IMG/VR virus record: IMGVR_UViG_3300035661_000047 | DNA length: 13,709 nt | From: a virus | Lineage: Duplodnaviria > Heunggongvirae > Uroviricota > Caudoviricetes | Strand: one strand, 5' to 3' | Part shown: piece after piece, positions 11,997-13,709 of the stretch | Numbering within the stretch: position 1 is the stretch's first letter | Layout: each line of letters begins with the position of its first letter | Notes under the pieces: generated by a model | Told to the model about the DNA's origin: nothing | What the model saw: only the letters and a program-made list of their open reading frames with translations | Database searches by the model: none | Made by a program: the position numbers and the translations under genes

Positions 11997-12337
11997 GTGT
12001 CAGTCGGACGAACTGTAGCTTGAGTCGCTACACGAACTGGTGTCACTCGAACTGCCATAGTCGTTGCTATAGCAACTGCGGCTGGAATCACAGCCTTATC
12101 CGTCGCAATGACGGTTCCGACCGTAGAGCCCTTTCCAGCATGGACATCCGGCATAAGAGCCACACCATTCTGGTGGATGAACGGGAGTCGTGCGATATTC
12201 TTCGCTTGCTCAAGCGCGGCATCTTCGATATCAGGCACCTTGAACGGGATCGCAGCCCCTTCAAGCTCCCATAACTTTTCCTTTGTTCCGACCCATGCCT
12301 TGATAGGGCGGGAGCCTACATCGTGGATGACTTGCAT
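11993..12337 (-). pseudogene. rtcB: Truncated RtcB RNA ligase (N-terminal ~88 aa only)
   Basis: ALEQAKNIARLPFI...VALMPDVHAGKGSTVGTVIATDKAVIPAAV is the RtcB N-terminus. The expected GVDIGCG metal-binding motif that follows is absent. Confidence 0.85.
12000..12074 (-). pseudogene. 3' remnant of a gene with a Ser/Asp-rich tail (CYSNDYGSSSDTSSCSDSSYSSSD*)
   Basis: An alternative frame starting at the point where RtcB similarity stops; TGA at 12000-12002 just before the next ATG. Confidence 0.55.
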
Positions 12338-12349
12338 AGAGGTTCCTTT

Positions 12350-12520
12350 TCAGTACGGACTGTTTATGTTGTTTGCGCGTAGCCACTCTTCGCGTGTACG
12401 AGAGAATACCACGATTTGCTCTGGTGTTGCAAGGCATTCTCTCTCATAACAGAACGGGCCTTCGTCATCTACGAAGTTGCACGAGTGGTACTGGCATTCG
12501 CCGTAGTAGCACTCGATCAT
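12350..12520 (-). CDS. Cys-rich hypothetical protein, 56 aa (MIECYYGECQYHSC...)
   Basis: ATGA overlap with the upstream frame; C-x4-C-x4-C...C-x4-C pattern. Confidence 0.65.
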   Translation of the reverse strand: MIECYYGECQYHSCNFVDDEGPFCYERECLATPEQIVVFSRTREEWLRANNINSPY

Positions 12521-12737
12521 GGTAGCGCGGGCATGTCGAAGCATGCAACTCCGTGTTCGCTAACAATGCCAGCAACATGACACCAAAAGCCGAACCCTTC
12601 TTCTGTGAAGCTCCAACTGTCAAACGCCATGACGGCACCGAAAGCAGACTCGTATGGAAACTTGTCTGGACGCGGAGCCGACACCATGCGAGAGGCCCAC
12701 TCCCGAGGGATGCCGAGGTCTTCAGTCAGGTGTGCAT
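12517..12737 (-). pseudogene. Frameshifted hypothetical gene (~72 aa if restored)
   Basis: AAGGAG RBS + ATG, then CAC ACC TGA. The shifted frame reads HLTEDLGIPREWASRM...AFDSWSFTEEGFGFWCHV...MPALP and overlaps the next ATG. Span is 221 nt (3n+2). Confidence 0.65.
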
Positions 12738-12754
12738 ATTTTCTCCTTGTTGAA

Positions 12755-12768
12755 GGGGCCGAAGCCCC
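12755..12768 (-). terminator. UUCG hairpin (weak terminator or processing/stability element)
   Basis: GGGGC-TTCG-GCCCC on the minus strand right after the RNA ligase stop, with only TT after it. Confidence 0.45.
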
Positions 12769-12773
12769 TGTTG

Positions 12774-13709
12774 TTATGCTGCCTTCTTTTCCTTGTGCAG
12801 AAGGTAGCTGTTGCTGATTGCCTTGAAGCTGAATTCACTGCCGTTCGACTTGAACACGACGCCTTCACGCTTCACGCCTTTGTTCATACCGTCTCCTTCG
12901 GCGAATGCCAGGATGTTGTCAACAACGTCTCGCACAGGCGTTCCTTCAGCGAAACCGAAGTCAACTAACATAGCACCGTGCTGAAGTACCGGGACATACT
13001 TCAGGCCAAGTGCCTTGACGATTTCTCGCGCGACTTCAGGTGAGTGGTAGCCTTGAGCGTCGATGTCGAAGACATCATACACGTAAAACTCGAAGCCTGC
13101 AACCTTTTCATAGTTACCTTGGATGCTGGGGGCAATCAGTTCGCCTTGAACAGCGATGTTTTGACCGTAGTTCTCCAGGGCTTCAAGAAGGCAGTGCTCA
13201 CGGACATACTGCGAGAAGTGGTTTCCATCATTGATGTCGAGCTGAATGTTACGACTGCACAGACCGTCAATGAACGTTGGAGTCTGGACAAGCCCGACAG
13301 CCTTCTTGATTGCGTGCCACTTCTTGCCAAACCAGCTCATACGCTTGACAGCGCGTACTTCGATATCCTCCGCTGCATGCGCGTAATGCGGGCTTAGCTT
13401 GTTGACATGGAAAATCGTCATTGAAGACCCGTCGAGCTTGATAGTGACCTCGAAAGACTGGTCTGCAACTTTCGGAAGCTCGCCAATGTAGTTTTGAACG
13501 CGCTCTTGGTCAGTCTTTCGCAGGAAGGACGGGAACGGCTTGGAGCCGGCAACCTTGCCAATTCCGCCAGCGTTGCTAGTTGCTTCTTCAGCCGGCTCCC
13601 ACTTCTCAATCTTGAGAAGTTCAGTAACGTCTTCGCCCTCGACAACTGGGTTCATACGGACAGATGGCGACAGCTCAAAGTAGCCGCTGATTGGCATAAT
13701 CAGCCCTTG
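12774..13709 (-). CDS. ATP-dependent RNA ligase, DRB0094 (Rnl5)-like; 5' end beyond the right edge
   Basis: FPSFLRKTDQERVQN, motif I KLDGSS, CSRN, QGELI, FYVYDVF, REGVVFK, FKAISNSYLL. The frame stays open to the edge (QGLIMPIS), so ATG 13697 is internal. Confidence 0.92.
   Translation of the reverse strand, partial: QGLIMPISGYFELSPSVRMNPVVEGEDVTELLKIEKWEPAEEATSNAGGIGKVAGSKPFPSFLRKTDQERVQNYIGELPKVADQSFEVTIKLDGSSMTIFHVNKLSPHYAHAAEDIEVRAVKRMSWFGKKWHAIKKAVGLVQTPTFIDGLCSRNIQLDINDGNHFSQYVREHCLLEALENYGQNIAVQGELIAPSIQGNYEKVAGFEFYVYDVFDIDAQGYHSPEVAREIVKALGLKYVPVLQHGAMLVDFGFAEGTPVRDVVDNILAFAEGDGMNKGVKREGVVFKSNGSEFSFKAISNSYLLHKEKKAA

Noticed and set aside
12020-13645. Plus-strand ORFs over rtcB and the RNA ligase, and minus-strand 13136..13330 and 13418..13645
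   Set aside because: Shadow or alternative frames of clearly identified genes.
1-13709. Genome-wide TAG reassignment
   Set aside because: All long genes are open under code 11 with no internal TAG; only one good and one weak internal TAG were found.

Overview
This window looks like part of a tailed dsDNA phage genome with lytic-type gene content and host sigma70 promoters; a proteobacterial host is an inference from promoter and RBS style. Family calls come from recognised motifs, with no database search. Layout from left to right: (1) a minus-strand block with a partial ThyX-like thymidylate synthase, an SleB-type cell-wall hydrolase and hypotheticals; (2) a leftward arm of promoter/short-ORF/terminator modules (~1300-2900); (3) a MazG-like NTP pyrophosphatase; (4) an AT-rich, palindrome-dense divergence point (~4200-4420, candidate origin); (5) a rightward HNH-AP2 endonuclease and ATP-dependent DNA ligase; (6) a rightward arm of promoter/short-ORF/terminator modules (~6000-7770); (7) a non-coding convergence zone (7731-8420) with about ten tandem GC hairpins, an IHF consensus site and inverted repeats; (8) a 233-aa serine recombinase; (9) a minus-strand operon with a secreted-type protein, a SLOG protein, small ORFs, a truncated rtcB and a DRB0094-type RNA ligase cut by the right edge. 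The most unusual features are non-coding: a 62-bp terminator+promoter cassette in inverted copies on the two arms, a ~95-bp element present three times with fixed genomic polarity, the hairpin array, and a recurring GGCGCC-TAG-GGCGC motif near the recombinase. Several small genes carry frameshifts, start/stop lesions or deletion scars while the long enzyme genes are intact, so assembly error and real decay both need testing.
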